A stretch of 64,000 bases of DNA from Octopus sinensis (taxonomy: Eukaryota), in assembly GCF_006345805.1 (NCBI RefSeq), contig NW_021832224.1:124001-188000 (forward strand). The letters run 5' to 3'. This document shows, piece after piece, positions 40,165-53,255 of this stretch (positions are counted from its first letter, which is position 1; each line of letters starts with the position of its first letter). The notes beneath the pieces were generated by a model. That model saw nothing but the letters and a program-made list of their open reading frames with translations, did not search any database and was not told where the DNA came from. The translations under genes and the position numbers were made by a program.

Positions 40165-40329
40165 TCATTAATAACAAAATATTTATTCTTAAATATATTT
40201 AATTCATACGAATAATTTATTTATGAATACATTATTGACAATTTTGCAATTAACGAAAAAATTAAATATTCTGGATTATTATGTTGATTTTTTTAATCGC
40301 CTAAACTAACCTATATACAGTAAAAACTA

Positions 40330-41193
40330 TATTTCTCGTTATATACAAATGACTGAATACATAAAATTATTTATTCGCAAAATATTTTCGTAATCATCTA
40401 TATGTGCATTTATTTGAGAAACATAAGTTTTAATAATCTCTAAAGCTCTGAAAGCTTCTGAAAGATTAACTCTTTTCTCATTTGATTCTTCTTTAATAAT
40501 TGTTTCCTAAGTATAATTATTAAATAAAATCATTAACTGATTGAACTTTTTTTGACTGTAACGTATCAGCTTGTTTAGATTTTTCCAAAATTCCATTAGC
40601 TCTTCATTTTCAGTATATCTATAATCAAGATATTGGATTGTCAATTTGAAATTTCTTAATTATTTCTTCATAATTATTTTTGTAGTTCTTAGATTCACTT
40701 TGATTGTGATTGTTTCATTAAAATGAGCAATAGATTTTTCATCATGATTTACTGATCTACTGTCTTCATGAAATTTTCTTAACTTGATACCATTTCGTAA
40801 TTTAAACTTTTCTAGCCATCCACGACTTGCTTTAAATTCTGGATCATTTTTTCCAATTTTAAAAGCTTTTTCAATTAACATCGAATCTGATAGAATTGCT
40901 TCACTAGATTCCATTAAGTCGATCCATGTTATCATCGCTACATCAATTTCATTAAATTTGAGTTTTGGAATTCTCGCTATGTTTAATTTTTTGATATCAG
41001 TCCTATTCAAAAGGTCAGATTTTGATTTAAGGTCGTTTATAGTTCTCGGAGAAATTTTCTTTTTTAATCGTGAAGAAAAAATCCTGGAAATTTGAGGTGC
41101 AGAAACAAATGGGTTGTCAGAAATATAACGTAGTATAGAAATTTTTTCGTTGATAGAAAGTCTAACACAACGACGCATCACGGTTAATCCCAC
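40330..41193 (-). mobile_element. pogo/Tigger transposase remnant (psq-HTH + CENP-B HTH, DDE deleted)
   Basis: RLSINEKISIL...EIDVAMITWI...LSDSMLIEKA...FKASRGWLEKFKLRNGI. Confidence 0.85.
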
Positions 41194-41312
41194 TGATGCG
41201 TCGAGCTGAAAAAGCTAATTGTGAAATTGAGATTCGAGCCTAAAAAAGCTAATTGTGAAATTAACAAAATCAAGAGTAAGGAATTTGTTGAAAAATATTT
41301 AAAATTTCAATC

Positions 41313-41432
41313 GGTGTTAATCCCATTTAGTTTGCTATTAATCCCTTTGGTATTATCCCACGTAGTTTGATGTTAATCCCATTTAGTTTACTGCTAATCC
41401 CACTTAGTTTGGTGTTAATCCCATTTAGTATG
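41313..41432 (+). repeat. Degenerate ~21-bp tandem repeat, 6 units with core TAATCCC
   Basis: tgttaatcccatttagtttgc / tattaatccctttgg / tattatcccacgtagtttga / tgttaatcccatttagtttac / tgctaatcccacttagtttgg / tgttaatcccatttagtatgg. Confidence 0.85.
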
Positions 41433-41638
41433 GGAAATGGTATAGATCACGGCCTTCTTTTAATATAGCTTTTTTTAAAAAAAGTCATGAAAATTATTTT
41501 TTTTATTGACTTTTTACGATTTATTGTTATTTAATTGTTATTTTTTAATACTAAAAAATTCTAAACATATTTTTTAATTTAAAACTAGTTGTTGTTTTTT
41601 AATTACATAATCACATTACAGAACACTGAATTAGTATC

Positions 41639-44105
41639 ATGAATCCTGAAATCATTCCTACCTTATACTCACTCTGTATAAATCACTTAAGAAAAAATCC
41701 AAATTCTATCCCAAATCTTCCTGAAATAGAAATAAATAAAAAATCCCTAAACATGATTTCCCACGGAATACACAACGACCTAAAGTATCTAAAAGGCAAA
41801 ATCCCTGAAATATTGACGAATGTGTTCAATGTTTCTCTTAGTTTGAAAGAATTGCCGTCTTCCCAAACAGAAATAGTATCACTAGACATTACATCAACCC
41901 CCATCGACGTCGAACATATTTTCAAAATATGTCAAAAATATCCAACTTTGATAAAATTACGATTGCTAAAAATCACTTCTGTTGTAGAAGTTCCTGCACT
42001 TCCAAAAAGCCCCAACAATGTGGAAGAATTTACAATTTTAGAATATGAAGATCCAGATTTATTAGAAACCTTATTTTTGACTGGATTTATCAACATTCGT
42101 GAACTCACGATTTTCTCACACGGCAAGGCCCAAGAAAACAAAATTCCTCAGCCTTTCAAGCCCTCTATTCTCAGAATCACACCTTATTTACAAAAAATTG
42201 ATTTTGATAATTGCATAATCTCAGATTTTGATATTTTTGCACAAAATATCTGCAATCCTCATTTCCTCAAGTTGTGAAATAAATAAATTATATTTTTTAG
42301 ACATTTTTATTACACAGGGACCGTTGTTGTTGTCCCCGTCGATCATACTTTTGTATCTCTGTTGACACGTGCAGTTAATTTGGAACATCTCGACCTTTCG
42401 GGATGTCTTCTTGATGATGTGGTGATTAAGTTTTGTTTGTTTTTTCATTCCAAGTGAACTTTCAAGACACAAATTTAAATTCCTAAGTCTTTTTAAATGC
42501 CCTGGTATATATGATCTCCAACAGTTTAATTCCGAAGTGGTTTGGTTTATTGTTGGATTGTAGTACGGAGGGGACATGCACTTGGACAAGACCATTCAAG
42601 CAGCTTTTAATTTTGAGCACAAACCGCTTTTTTTACACCAAGCAATGATAGAAATTGAAGAAATTCACCTTCATTTGAATCACTCTTTATACAGCAAGTT
42701 TTTTCTGGTATGTCCCCAAATTGACTGGCTAGTTTGTTGTGCGTTTAATCGAAGAATCGAAGGAATCATTTTTTCTTGAATCACTTCTGTTTTTTCTGCT
42801 TTTACTTATTTTAGTAATATAACCATTGATTTATTGCATTGCGATCAGATTACTCAAGTACGGAGATGGTTTGTACGTTTTTTGTATTTGTAGGCTCGTT
42901 TTCAGCACGATTTTACCGGTTGTCAAACTCAACATTGAGATTCCCGATGTATCAGCTGATTTGTGACTATTCCAGATCGTGAATAAATTTGCTTTTATCA
43001 TATTGCAGCTAAAACCCTGGAACCACTCAGTTTTGAACATTTTTTGTATGTAAAGTTGCCAGGAATGAACGAACTGTTTTATGTGGTGATGATGGGAATG
43101 GTTGAACACGCAGATTCGTCAATAATCTTCAACCGTCTTGTCAATATTCTCAACACTGGGATATGTTGGTCGAGGTCTGCTCTAAAGTACTATCTCGATT
43201 TTTCTGAGTGCATAGAGGTATGGTAGTTGTATGTTATACAAGTTCGCGTTAGAACGTATTAAAGTTGAGATTAACATGCCTAATTTTGAAAAAAAATTAC
43301 GTTTGTCCACTCTTGACAAATGGTGGATTTTTCTGTGGAGTATTACCGGTATTCTAAATTTGTCACGTTTTAGATGAAGCTGACGAAAACGTCATGTTGA
43401 TTGTAGACAAAAAAGGCATCGAAATTGCCAAAGAATGTATGGAAATATTGCTAATTGTCACACCGTCGAAAAGGGGCGCAGAATTTCATGAGATTGTCAA
43501 GTCAATTGTGGGCGCACTTGGAAACTTTGCGGAAGTTGCTGCAGCAAGGAAAATAATGGGAGTTTCGGGGATAATCGGGCTTTTATTGTACGGGCTTGTT
43601 TATAGATGTAGTGAAAAAATGGACAAGACTGTGCACTGTTTTGAAACGACGTACAGTGCCTGTGGAGCAATGTGCCATTTATTGAGTGACCGAGCAGACA
43701 TTTTAGCCGATTATGTCTTCCCAGAAACAGGATCTATTCCTGCGAAAGATTTTATTCTTATCCACATGAAGGAACTTATCACATCCTGGCCATTGTCGAC
43801 GAATACAAGTATTAATTATAGGTTGTGTCTGTGTGATATAATCTTTCAGGTCGTTAGTTCCAATTGTGAGACTTTTGGACGAGCAGTTGGATGAGCGGAT
43901 TTGGTTCTGGGCCATTTGGGTGTGTGCCAATCTTACTTGTATTGACGGTATGGTTATAAGTTCACGTTAAGTGGCGAAATATGTCCCCATGCTTGTATCC
44001 GTTAATGGGTTTGAACGTATTAATTATCTTCGGGAATGTTATAATCCTGAATTTTCTGCTTTTCATGATTTTGTGGATTTGTGCAATCGAAATTATGAGG
44101 TATGA
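41639..44105 (+). CDS. ZER1/ZYG11-family CRL2 substrate receptor (BC-box, LRR, ARM)
   Basis: N-terminal IPTLYSLCINHL (BC/VHL-box-like), LRR region, ARM region with WIFLWSITDE, TTYSACGAMCHLLSD, INYRSLVPIVRLL, WFWAIWVCANL, KYVPML. Confidence 0.8.
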
Positions 44106-45551
44106 TTTTGCATCAAAGCTTTATTAGAGATATTACTTCAATCCTGTTTAATTTAAACTGCATTATTTTTTGATCATTCTATAAATTTATTTTTATAACT
44201 GAAAGCTTATTGACCTTAGTTTATTTATAGTATCTTTGTTTAAAAATCAAAAAAACTCATAATATTTAATAATTAATCTATCATTAACAGTTGTTTTTGT
44301 GCTTAATTATCTGATAAAATGTAATTATGTGAATTTAATCGATCGTCTCTTTATGTTTGTTTGAAAATAATTTTTAGAATCGTAAAAACTAATATTTTGC
44401 TATATTAAGTGCATGTAAGAATAAATGGCGCATGAGTCAGTCCCTGAAAAGAACGGAGAGCATCAAACTTTAGCTGAATTTTTATTATAAATTCCAAATT
44501 AATGAATTAATTGGAGTGGAAGAATATCTTATCATGCAAAACTATTTATTTTAGTAAAAATCAAAAATATGAAAATCTAAATATATGATCACCATCTTTT
44601 AATCGTGCTTAGACCGACTTCTGAATGATTGACATATTTTTTTAATACCGTTTTTGATATGCAGGACTCAATTAGTCGTGTAGTCCGACTTTAATTAAAG
44701 CCGACATATTTTCATCTGTGAGTCGTGTTCTACATACAATTTTTGTGAATTTCATAAATGAAAAAAGTTGTTCACACACATATGTCAAACTAAACATAAC
44801 AATTATTTTGGAGGCAAAATTTCTAAAGTATTTAAACATGTGGCATGTGGTTTATTTGGGTATTTGAGGCATGATTTGGGGTACATTTTGTGGAGGAATT
44901 CGTCACACGGTCGTGATTTATTCAGGCGTTTTGTGCGTGTGTGGCTGTGTTTTGTGGAGAGTTGGATTTGATGAAAATTGTTTTTCGGGCTTCACATTTG
45001 GTTGCATTTGAGTTTGAATCGAACGTGGAGAGGATTTTTGGTGGTAAGAAACAGGTCCCTCAAATGGTTTCCACCTTGACTAAAGATATTTACTTGTGAA
45101 TTGTGGTCTAACTTTGTCTAATTATGTTCCATGGTCAGGAAAGAGACCATGGACATATATTTAGCCAGATCGGCGAATATAGCTAACAAAATGGGGATTA
45201 ATTAGTTTTGTATTAGGAAGAAGAAAATGACTACATTTTTGTGTATAAGTAGGCTTACTATCCGTCTCTGAATTACCCTGGACAGATCGATATTTTTACA
45301 TATCACATTGGTAATATCATTCCATATTTCAGGAATACCACAAGGGATATCTATATTCTTAATGCACTCAACAGCCACTCAAGATAACTCTGGGGAATAT
45401 CACTATACCATTTCATAGTCTTTTGTAATTTTTTTTAAAATTCAGCAGGTTAAATCTCATCCGTTCATAGAGATCACAGTTATGTCGTGTGTTATGTGTT
45501 TATTGACAAGTGTCCATTTGCGAGGACTTTAATAAGTCTGCTGTCAGAGAT

Positions 45552-46138
45552 ACTAGGGTCCGTAATAAATTATTATTGGGAAGGAAGAGGCAAAGAAGTA
45601 TTCTTGAATAAATTCTTTAGAGGAGGCATAGTCAATTTATGCAAGGGTATATCGCATTGAATAAATGCTTTAGTGACTTGCATTGACCAGTCATCATTGG
45701 GTAACTCGTCCAAACAAGGCTGATAGAAATTATTCTCTAAAAATTATATTAATTTGTAAAAACTTAATAAATTTGAGTGCTTCTTCGATTCTCGGTGAGA
45801 ATTCACAAAATGCTTTTTCTCACACCTGACTGTGCATAAGCAAAGTTGACATTGCAACTCGCCATTCTCTCGTAATAAAAACTCCAGCGGATATTCAATA
45901 ACAATTTTTTTTGCCTTAAAATACATTGTTTTTGCAGTTCTTGGCATACTAAACACCCACGCGCTATTTTAAATAAAGTTAAAATTTTTAACTTTATAAA
46001 AAAATTTTTTTTAACTTTTTAACTTTATTTTTTTCTTTAATAAGTAACTATTTCATTTAAAAAATACTTTATTTTTACTTTTAAGCCAAAATACACATTT
46101 TCATATATTTTAACTTTTTTAACTTAAATTGCCCTAGT
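45552..46138 (-). mobile_element. CGGBP1-like (hAT-related) zinc-finger transposon fragment
   Basis: EYPLEFLLRENGELQCQLCLCTVRCEKKHFVNSHRESKKH followed by QVTKAFIQCDIPLHKL. Bracketed by a 7-bp inverted repeat ACTAGGG...CCCTAGT; no TSD seen. Confidence 0.6.
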
Positions 46139-46149
46139 AATAATAAACC

Positions 46150-46400
46150 CTACATGTTTGTCTGCGACAAGGTTCGGAACATCATTACGCACATCCAAGT
46201 TTTGATTACTTCTCAGCAATCTTTGAAGCATGTAAAAGTCAAGAAATTACATAAATACGATCTCTTGGCAGGCGAATTGAAATTAATCCACAATGCGAAA
46301 ATGGACGTCGTACCATTGATTCTCACATGAGACGGAATAGTGGAACCTGTCGAACACAAGGACCCTGTATTCCGGCCCATGAGTCTGGCAAAAAGAGGCG
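46150..46400 (+). mobile_element. RLE-type (R4/NeSL-like) non-LTR retrotransposon C-terminal fragment
   Basis: MFVCDKVRNIITHIQVLITSQQSLKHVKVKKLHKYDLLAGELKLIH...VVPLILT*DG resembles the PD.....K....IEV......K..KYD.L RLE domain. Confidence 0.6.
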
Positions 46401-46909
46401 AATCAGAAGTAAAGAAAAGGAAGCTGAAATCAATATTATCTGGATAAGATATTATTACTATTAATAAGTTATTTAATGTTAAAAACAGGCCGAATCGACG
46501 AGGTCCAACAAAGGGCTCACAGATTAACAAAACGTTGGTCGCACGGTAACAAACGCCTCGGACCGGCTTCTCTGGAGGACCTGATTAAGCAGAACTCCAG
46601 TTTTTTTGGCAATGTCAAAGGGAACGCGGATAATAATCTGATAGATGTGATATAACAAGTTTTAGATAAAGTTTCGGAAAGCAGGAAAAGCAGCGATAAA
46701 GTTTTGGAAAACAAGAAATTTTGTATGATGTGCAAAATAAAAAGACGACGCTCAAAAAAGTAGCAAAAAATTAATGAATTGGATGTCTTAAACATTGTTC
46801 CAGGCTCGTTTAAAGATTTTTGCTGCTTTAGACAAAGTTTCTTCAGTAGGTTGAACGAAACTATGGATATGAAAAAAGAATTAATGATTATTTTAATAAA
46901 TAATGATTT

Positions 46910-48390
46910 TCATGAATTTTTTTTATATTGGTGCTAATTTTTGGATTGTACATGTTTAGTCCATATCTCAAAAGTTTATAAATTCAAAAGACCGTTTACA
47001 GAAAGTTAATTTGTATATTTCACAATTAAAATTTTTCATTATATAAACTAGAATCCGTTTTTATCACTTTGATACACCGAAATAACTCATCTATTTCCAA
47101 AAATTAGTAGCTAGCCCTTGAACTTTGTTTGGCTTAATTTTTATTGTGTGAGATAACAGACTGTGTTCTTGAGGAGGAATTTGCGAGGATTGGAATCTGC
47201 TTACGCCTCAGGTCTACCCGTATCAACCAAATACCAATTTGGCGTACAAACCGACGAGCTTGACTATCACTCCCTCTCACTTCTTCATGGAAAGAGAGAT
47301 ATCCTTTGCGAATAATTAGATATCTTATCTATAAAACAAAACTCATAATATATGATCGAGTTTATAATAACTCACCGGCAAATTGATTTGTTTTGATGTT
47401 TTCTCTATTTTTTCTATTTAATCCAAAATCTACGTAGAAAACAAAGTATGTCTTAACAATTTAACTGGATCCTTTTCCTGCACGTGATAGATTCTGTCAC
47501 ACTGATAGCTCAAAAATCAGCGGATATCTACTATCCGAAAACTAAATTCGCATTGAACTGCAAATTTAATCAACAAAAGTAAAGAAGACAGTTTACAGAT
47601 TTAGTCCCTTTCTGCTCACTAATACTTGGCCTCCTACACTGTATTCCACGGAATCTGACGGGTCATTTCTAAAACTGATTTCTGCAAACATTTCTAATTG
47701 GAATTATCAGTGCTATTATTTAAGCACAGGACAATCTATTTATTTCCAGGTTGCATGGCTCCCTGGTAACTTTTGTTTTGTTAATTTTGTATAGAAACTG
47801 ACCTAGCTACTCAAATTGTCAATCTTAATTGCGGCACTGGCGGGATAATGTTGGGCTGTGCTTCATATGCTCCCTCGTTTCCAGAAGGACTTGTCGATGG
47901 TCAGATCACGATCAAATACACGAACTACGAGGGAAATTTAATTATATTAAAGGTTATAGCATTGTGGTTTACTCCAGATAAAATATTTATTGGAAATTCC
48001 ACTCCAGAGCTAATAATGATGGCTCAATGTGCGTTCTTTTACAGAACCCAATTAATTAAAAAAACCTATCCAATACTTTCTAAAAATCACCCTTCTTGGT
48101 CAGAGTATAACTCCAGAAACCCTTCAAAATACACGTGTTTAGATTTTTTTGAGTATTTTGGGGATCCTAAAATTCGGGAACTTTGTCCCCGTTTGAAGGC
48201 GTCCACCAATTTGTTATTGTGTAGACTTTACCGTCAAGGAATGGCTCCGGAGAGGAACACTTTGGTATTTTATGGGGAGAGTCGCTGAAGAAGGATGCCA
48301 ACATACTTGGATTCGAATCTAGAATCCTCGATACTTCGATTTGTTTATGACTAACGGCAGATTTGACGTCGTTGTTTTGTTTTACGTAGT
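46910..48390 (+). CDS. Possible secreted orphan protein, multi-exon
   Basis: Signal-peptide-like FFILVLIFGLYMFSP (one base out of frame with the ATG at a T8 run), then several open exon-like blocks including the 146-aa ORF 47848-48288. No family recognised. Confidence 0.3.
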
Positions 48391-48979
48391 TAAATAATGT
48401 GGTCTGCTTTGATTTGGAGTATTTGTGCCTTTTGTTGAGCTGAGATGTATTTTAACTATAAAAACTAACAGGAATTGAAGAAGTACCCGGTAATTTAATA
48501 TATAGTTGACAGGGTTGACAGGGTGACCCACATAGTTTGACACTAATTACTGACTCAACAAAAACCTTAACATTTTTTAACTCTATTCATAGTAACTATC
48601 TTGGTTTCATTTCGTAATTCGATCTAAATGTTAGGAAAGACAACTAACCATTAATCTGTTATTAGACATTATATTTTTTACTTTTCCCTTTTTTTCATAT
48701 GGGGATTCAATGACGGATTCATCCCACAATCTTTTAAGATTCAAACCTAAACTGTTATTATTCAATTATACCTCATTCCCTTTTTCAAAATCATATTTTG
48801 ACCTGTGTACTCCGATCTTTTTATTCATTCTTTTAAAATAAGATGAATTCATGTCTGGAGGAGTGAAATTAAAAATTTTATTATTTGTTTCTAAAAATAA
48901 ATGCATCGTAAATTTACCATTGAGTTCATCTTGGACAAACGATGCCTCAATATTTTTATCTAAATTATAAATAAGATTA

Positions 48980-50851
48980 CAGTACGACCCCGGTTTGGGG
49001 CAGCATTTTTATCATAGTGCCCCAAAAAGCGGGGGTGCCCCAAAATGCGAGGGTAAAGATTTTTTGCTTTTATTTTCTCCTCAATAGATTTTTATTGCAT
49101 TTTAGACTATAAATTAAAATTATTTAATATTAATAAAAATTCTAACATAGTCCTTTCTTAATAAAATTTAAAAATTTTAATAAATCCAACAAAAAATACT
49201 ATTAAAAGTAATCAGTAATTTTCTCACCGAATTGGTTTTTTTTCAGTTCTCCTGATAGGTTTTTTATAAATTCGTAGTAGATTTTCAAAAATTGTGGACA
49301 TGTACTGAAAATATTATCTTCTAGAGAATTCACGATGTTTATGATTTCTTTAATTGATGATTTTTTAGATTCATATCCATCATAAGTAATTTTGTCCTCA
49401 ATAATATCTGTCGAATCCATTGAAATAACATCTGAAATCACGTCATCTATTAATTCTTCGTCCAACTGTACATTATCCGAAATTTTTGATCTGTTTTCAT
49501 TTATTTTCTGCCAGCAATTAATTATCGTTGTCTCTGACATCATTTTCCATGCCTCCCCGACAACTGTAATGACTTGTCTAAGATTGACATTATTCAAATT
49601 CAAATCAGAAAGCTGTTCTTTTTCAAATATAAGAGTAAAATCAATCAGTTTATTGAAATAGAGGGACTTGAAGGATTTTATTATTCCCATATCTAGGGGT
49701 TGAATTAAAGCGGTCGTATTTTGGGAAGAAAAGAAAAAGTAAATAAACATTGGAATATTCTGTATTTCTGTGACAGCTCGCATTATCCAGTATTAAGACA
49801 ATTTTTCTCTTTTCATTGATCATATCTTGATTTACTTTCCATAACCATTTCGCAAAAATATCACTACTCAACGACAAATTTTTGAGGCAGCATATAGTAC
49901 TCCGTAATCCTCGGCGTTATAATTTTTTAAACACCTAGGAGATTTGAATTTTCCAATTAATAGAGGTTTTAACTTTTCACTAAGTGCATTACAACAAAGA
50001 AGGGGAACCTTCTCTTTTTAATTGCATTGCATTTATCATTAAATTGAACAAAGGATTTCTAAGGCGTTCGCTGTATGTATAAAGCAGTTTCGTCACAGTT
50101 GAAAATATTTTCATATCCTACAGTTTTCAAACAGTTGTCATAATCAGAAAAAAAATTGGATAATGAAGAAGAGTCAGAAGAATTCTTTTCTCCACTTATA
50201 GTTTTAAATAGCAACTCGTGTCTTTTCTTGAACCGGTCTAGCCATCCATTTGATGCCTTAAATGATTCATAATTTATCTTTTTAGATAATTTTTTTGCAA
50301 TCAGTTTTAAGATAGTTCCAGAAATTGGAAGAAATTCATCTCTCAGACGTAGAAAAGTTTCAAAAACTAATCTATCTAATTCATTATTTGGATCATGTGA
50401 TTCTTGATTCTATCGGATTCAGTTAATCCCGCGTCAAAATAATAAACAAAATTTTGTTTAATGCGAGAAATAGTACCTGTAAAATAATTAGTTAAAAAAG
50501 ATACCTTTGCTCGTTTTATACTTTTTAGCAAGATCTCTTTCTGAAAATTGACCATGTTTTATATCTTTAGCGATTTTAATTTTTGTTTCATAATTAATCT
50601 TTGAATTCTTTTTACGAACCATACTAAAGTCAAAATAAACACGTGAAATAATAGTATTAATTAATAATTAATAAATAAACTAACATTTTGTAATTAAATA
50701 AATTAAATAAGTGCCCCAAACCGGGGTCATCAAAAATAAATAATAGAATGAAAAATTTACTGTTTTCAAAAACTGCCCCTAAAAGCGGGGGTGCCCCAAA
50801 ACCTGAGGGTTGCCCCACCCATGGGGTCTGCCCCAAACCGGGGTCGTACTG
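48980..50851 (-). mobile_element. Near full-length pogo/Tigger element with decayed DDE_1 transposase
   Basis: TIRs CAGTACGACCCCGGTTTGGGGCAG flanked by TA (48978-79, 50852-53); FKASNGWLDRFKKRH, IFNCDETALY, KIVLILDNASCH, PNTTALIQPLDMGIIKSFK; several frameshifts. Confidence 0.95.
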
Positions 50852-51420
50852 TATAACCTAGTATTTATGAATCCATGAATCACAGTGTTAAATTTAATGA
50901 AAAAAAAATTTTAACGGCGCAGCAAAATTTAAAAATTCGCATTCTTTTATAATTTGTTCGATAATAGGGCGTTTCACAGTAAAATAAAATTCACAGCACT
51001 TCTTATAAAGCTTTAGTATTCCCCAGTGGCATTCTTGGTGAATAGAAAATGCCAGTGTCTTCATCTCCATTCATTGTCCAAACAGATAACCAATTTGTGT
51101 TTTTGATTATTATCGTCCTTTAATTAGAGACTATGAATTGGAATATCAAATATACCGATCATCAATTATCATAAATTGATTCGCTTTTTTGTTAACATTG
51201 TATTTTCGGTTAGAGAGCCAAAAACTCGCTCAGAGATATGGTGATCTAAACAGAAAAATTTAGGTCTGTTATTAAAAGTGCACTTCAATTTAATTCCTCT
51301 CAAGTCGGCACTCAAGAAGAGCAGTTAGATAAACCTCGTTATGGGGCATTTAATATTATATATATTTTTTAGTTTTAATTTTTGAATTTTATTTTATAAT
51401 CTTAATAATAAAATGGTATG

Positions 51421-51472
51421 GTGTGTGTCTGTCTGTCTGTCTGTGTGTCTGTCTGTCTGTCTGTCTGTCTGT
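51421..51472 (+). repeat. (GT)n/(GTCT)n microsatellite near the Helitron 5' end
   Basis: gtgtgtgtctgtctgtctgtctgtgtgtctgtctgtct... Confidence 0.95.
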
Positions 51473-51603
51473 GCACACCCACATTCAAATTGTTACAAAC
51501 CAGATCAAATTGTCAAAACCTTCCCTTTTGTAGTTATTCGATAATGAGGCACAATAAAAGGTTGATATCCTCTAAGAACCTTCCTGTCAAAAAATTTTAA
51601 TAA

Positions 51604-53255
51604 GAAAGAATATCCTCGATGATGAGGTCCCCCAAAACCTTCGAGTCAATTTTCTCGCGTTTTTGTTAAATGAACAACAAGAAAGTCCTCGACTCACATG
51701 ATGTGGTCCCCCAAAACCTTCAAGCCAAAAAATTAAAAAAAAATTATTTTCTGCGTTTTTGTTAAAATACAACAAGAAAGTCCTCGACTCACATGATGTG
51801 GTCCCCCAAAACCTTCAAGCCAAAAAATAAAAAAAAATTATTTTCTGCGTTTTTGTTAAAATGAACAACAAGAAAGTCCTCGACTCACATGATGTGGTCC
51901 CCCAAAACCTTCAAGCCAAAAATTAAAAAAAATTATTTTCTGCGTTTTTTTAAAATGAACAACAAGAAAGTCCTCGACTCACATGATGTGGTCCCCCAAA
52001 ACCTTCAAACCAAAAATTAAAAAAATTATTTTCTGCGTTTTTGTTAAATGAACAACAGAAAGTCCTCGACTCACATGATGTGGTCCCCCAAAACCTTCAA
52101 GCCAAAAAATTAAAAAAAATTATTTTCTGCGTTTTTGTTAAAATGAACAACAAGAAAGTCCTCGACTCACATGATGTGGTCCCCCAAAACCTTCAAGCCA
52201 AAAAATTAAAAAAATTATTTTCTGCGTTTTTGTTAAATGAACAACAAGAAAGTCCTCGACTCACATGATGTGGTCCCCCAAAACCTTCAAGCTAAAAAAT
52301 TAAAAAAATTATTTTCTGCGTTTTTGTTAAAATGAACAACAAGAAAGTCCTCGACTCACATGATGTGGTCCCCCAAAACCTTCAAGCCAAAAAATTAAAA
52401 AAAATTATTTTCTGCGTTTTTGTTAAAATGAACAACAAGAAAGTCCTCGACTCACATGATGTGGTCCCCCCCCAAAACCTTCAAGCCAAAAAATTAAAAA
52501 AATTATTTTCTGCGTTTTTGTTAAAATGAACAACAAGAAAGTCCTCGACTCACATGATGTGGTCCCCCAAAACTTTCAAGCCAAAAAATTAAAAAAAATA
52601 TTTTCTGCGTTTTTGTTAAAATAAACAACAAGAAAGTCCTCGACTCACATGATGTGGTCCCCCAAAACCTTCAAGCCAAAAAATTAAAAAAAAAAAAATT
52701 ATTTTCTGCGTTTTTGTTAAAATGAACAACAAGAAAGTCCTCGACTCACATGATGTGGTCCCTCAAAACCTTCAAGCCAAAAAATTAAAAAAAATTATTT
52801 TCTGCGTTTTTGTTAAAATGAACAACAAGAAAGTCCTCGACTCACATGATGTGGTCCCCCAAAACCTTCAAGCCAAAAAATTAAAAAAATTATTTTCTGC
52901 GTTTTTGTTAAAATGAACAACAAGAAAGTCCTCGACTCACATGATGTGGTCCCCCAAAACCTTCAAGCCAAAAAATAAAAAAAATTATTTTCTGCGTTTT
53001 TGTTAAAATGAACAACAAGAAAGTCCTCGACTCACATGATGTGGTCCCTCAAAACCTTCAAGCCAAAAAATTAAAAAAAAATTATTTTCTGCGTTTTTGT
53101 TAAATGAACAACAAGAAAGTCCTCGACTCACATGATGTGGTCCCCCAAAACCTTCAAGCCAAAAATTAAAAAAAATATTTTCTGCGTTTTTGTTAAAATG
53201 AACGACAAGAAAGTCCTCGACTCACATGATGAGGTCCTCCACAACCTTCAAGCCT
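51604..53255 (+). repeat. Tandem array of a ~94-98 bp unit: 17 near-identical copies plus 1 diverged lead copy
   Basis: Unit aacaacaagaaagtcctcgactcacatgatgtggtcccccaaaaccttcaagccaaaaaattaaaaaaaattattttctgcgtttttgttaaaatg; variation is mostly in homopolymer lengths. Confidence 0.98.

Noticed and set aside
52041-52916. ORF-track proteins MNNKKVLDSHDVVPQ... as real genes
   Set aside because: They are translations of the satellite monomer broken by homopolymer variation; an open 32-codon frame in one of six frames is plausible by chance.
51604-53255. CRISPR-like array
   Set aside because: Units are contiguous near-identical monomers with no unique spacers, there are no cas genes, and the context is eukaryotic and Helitron-internal.
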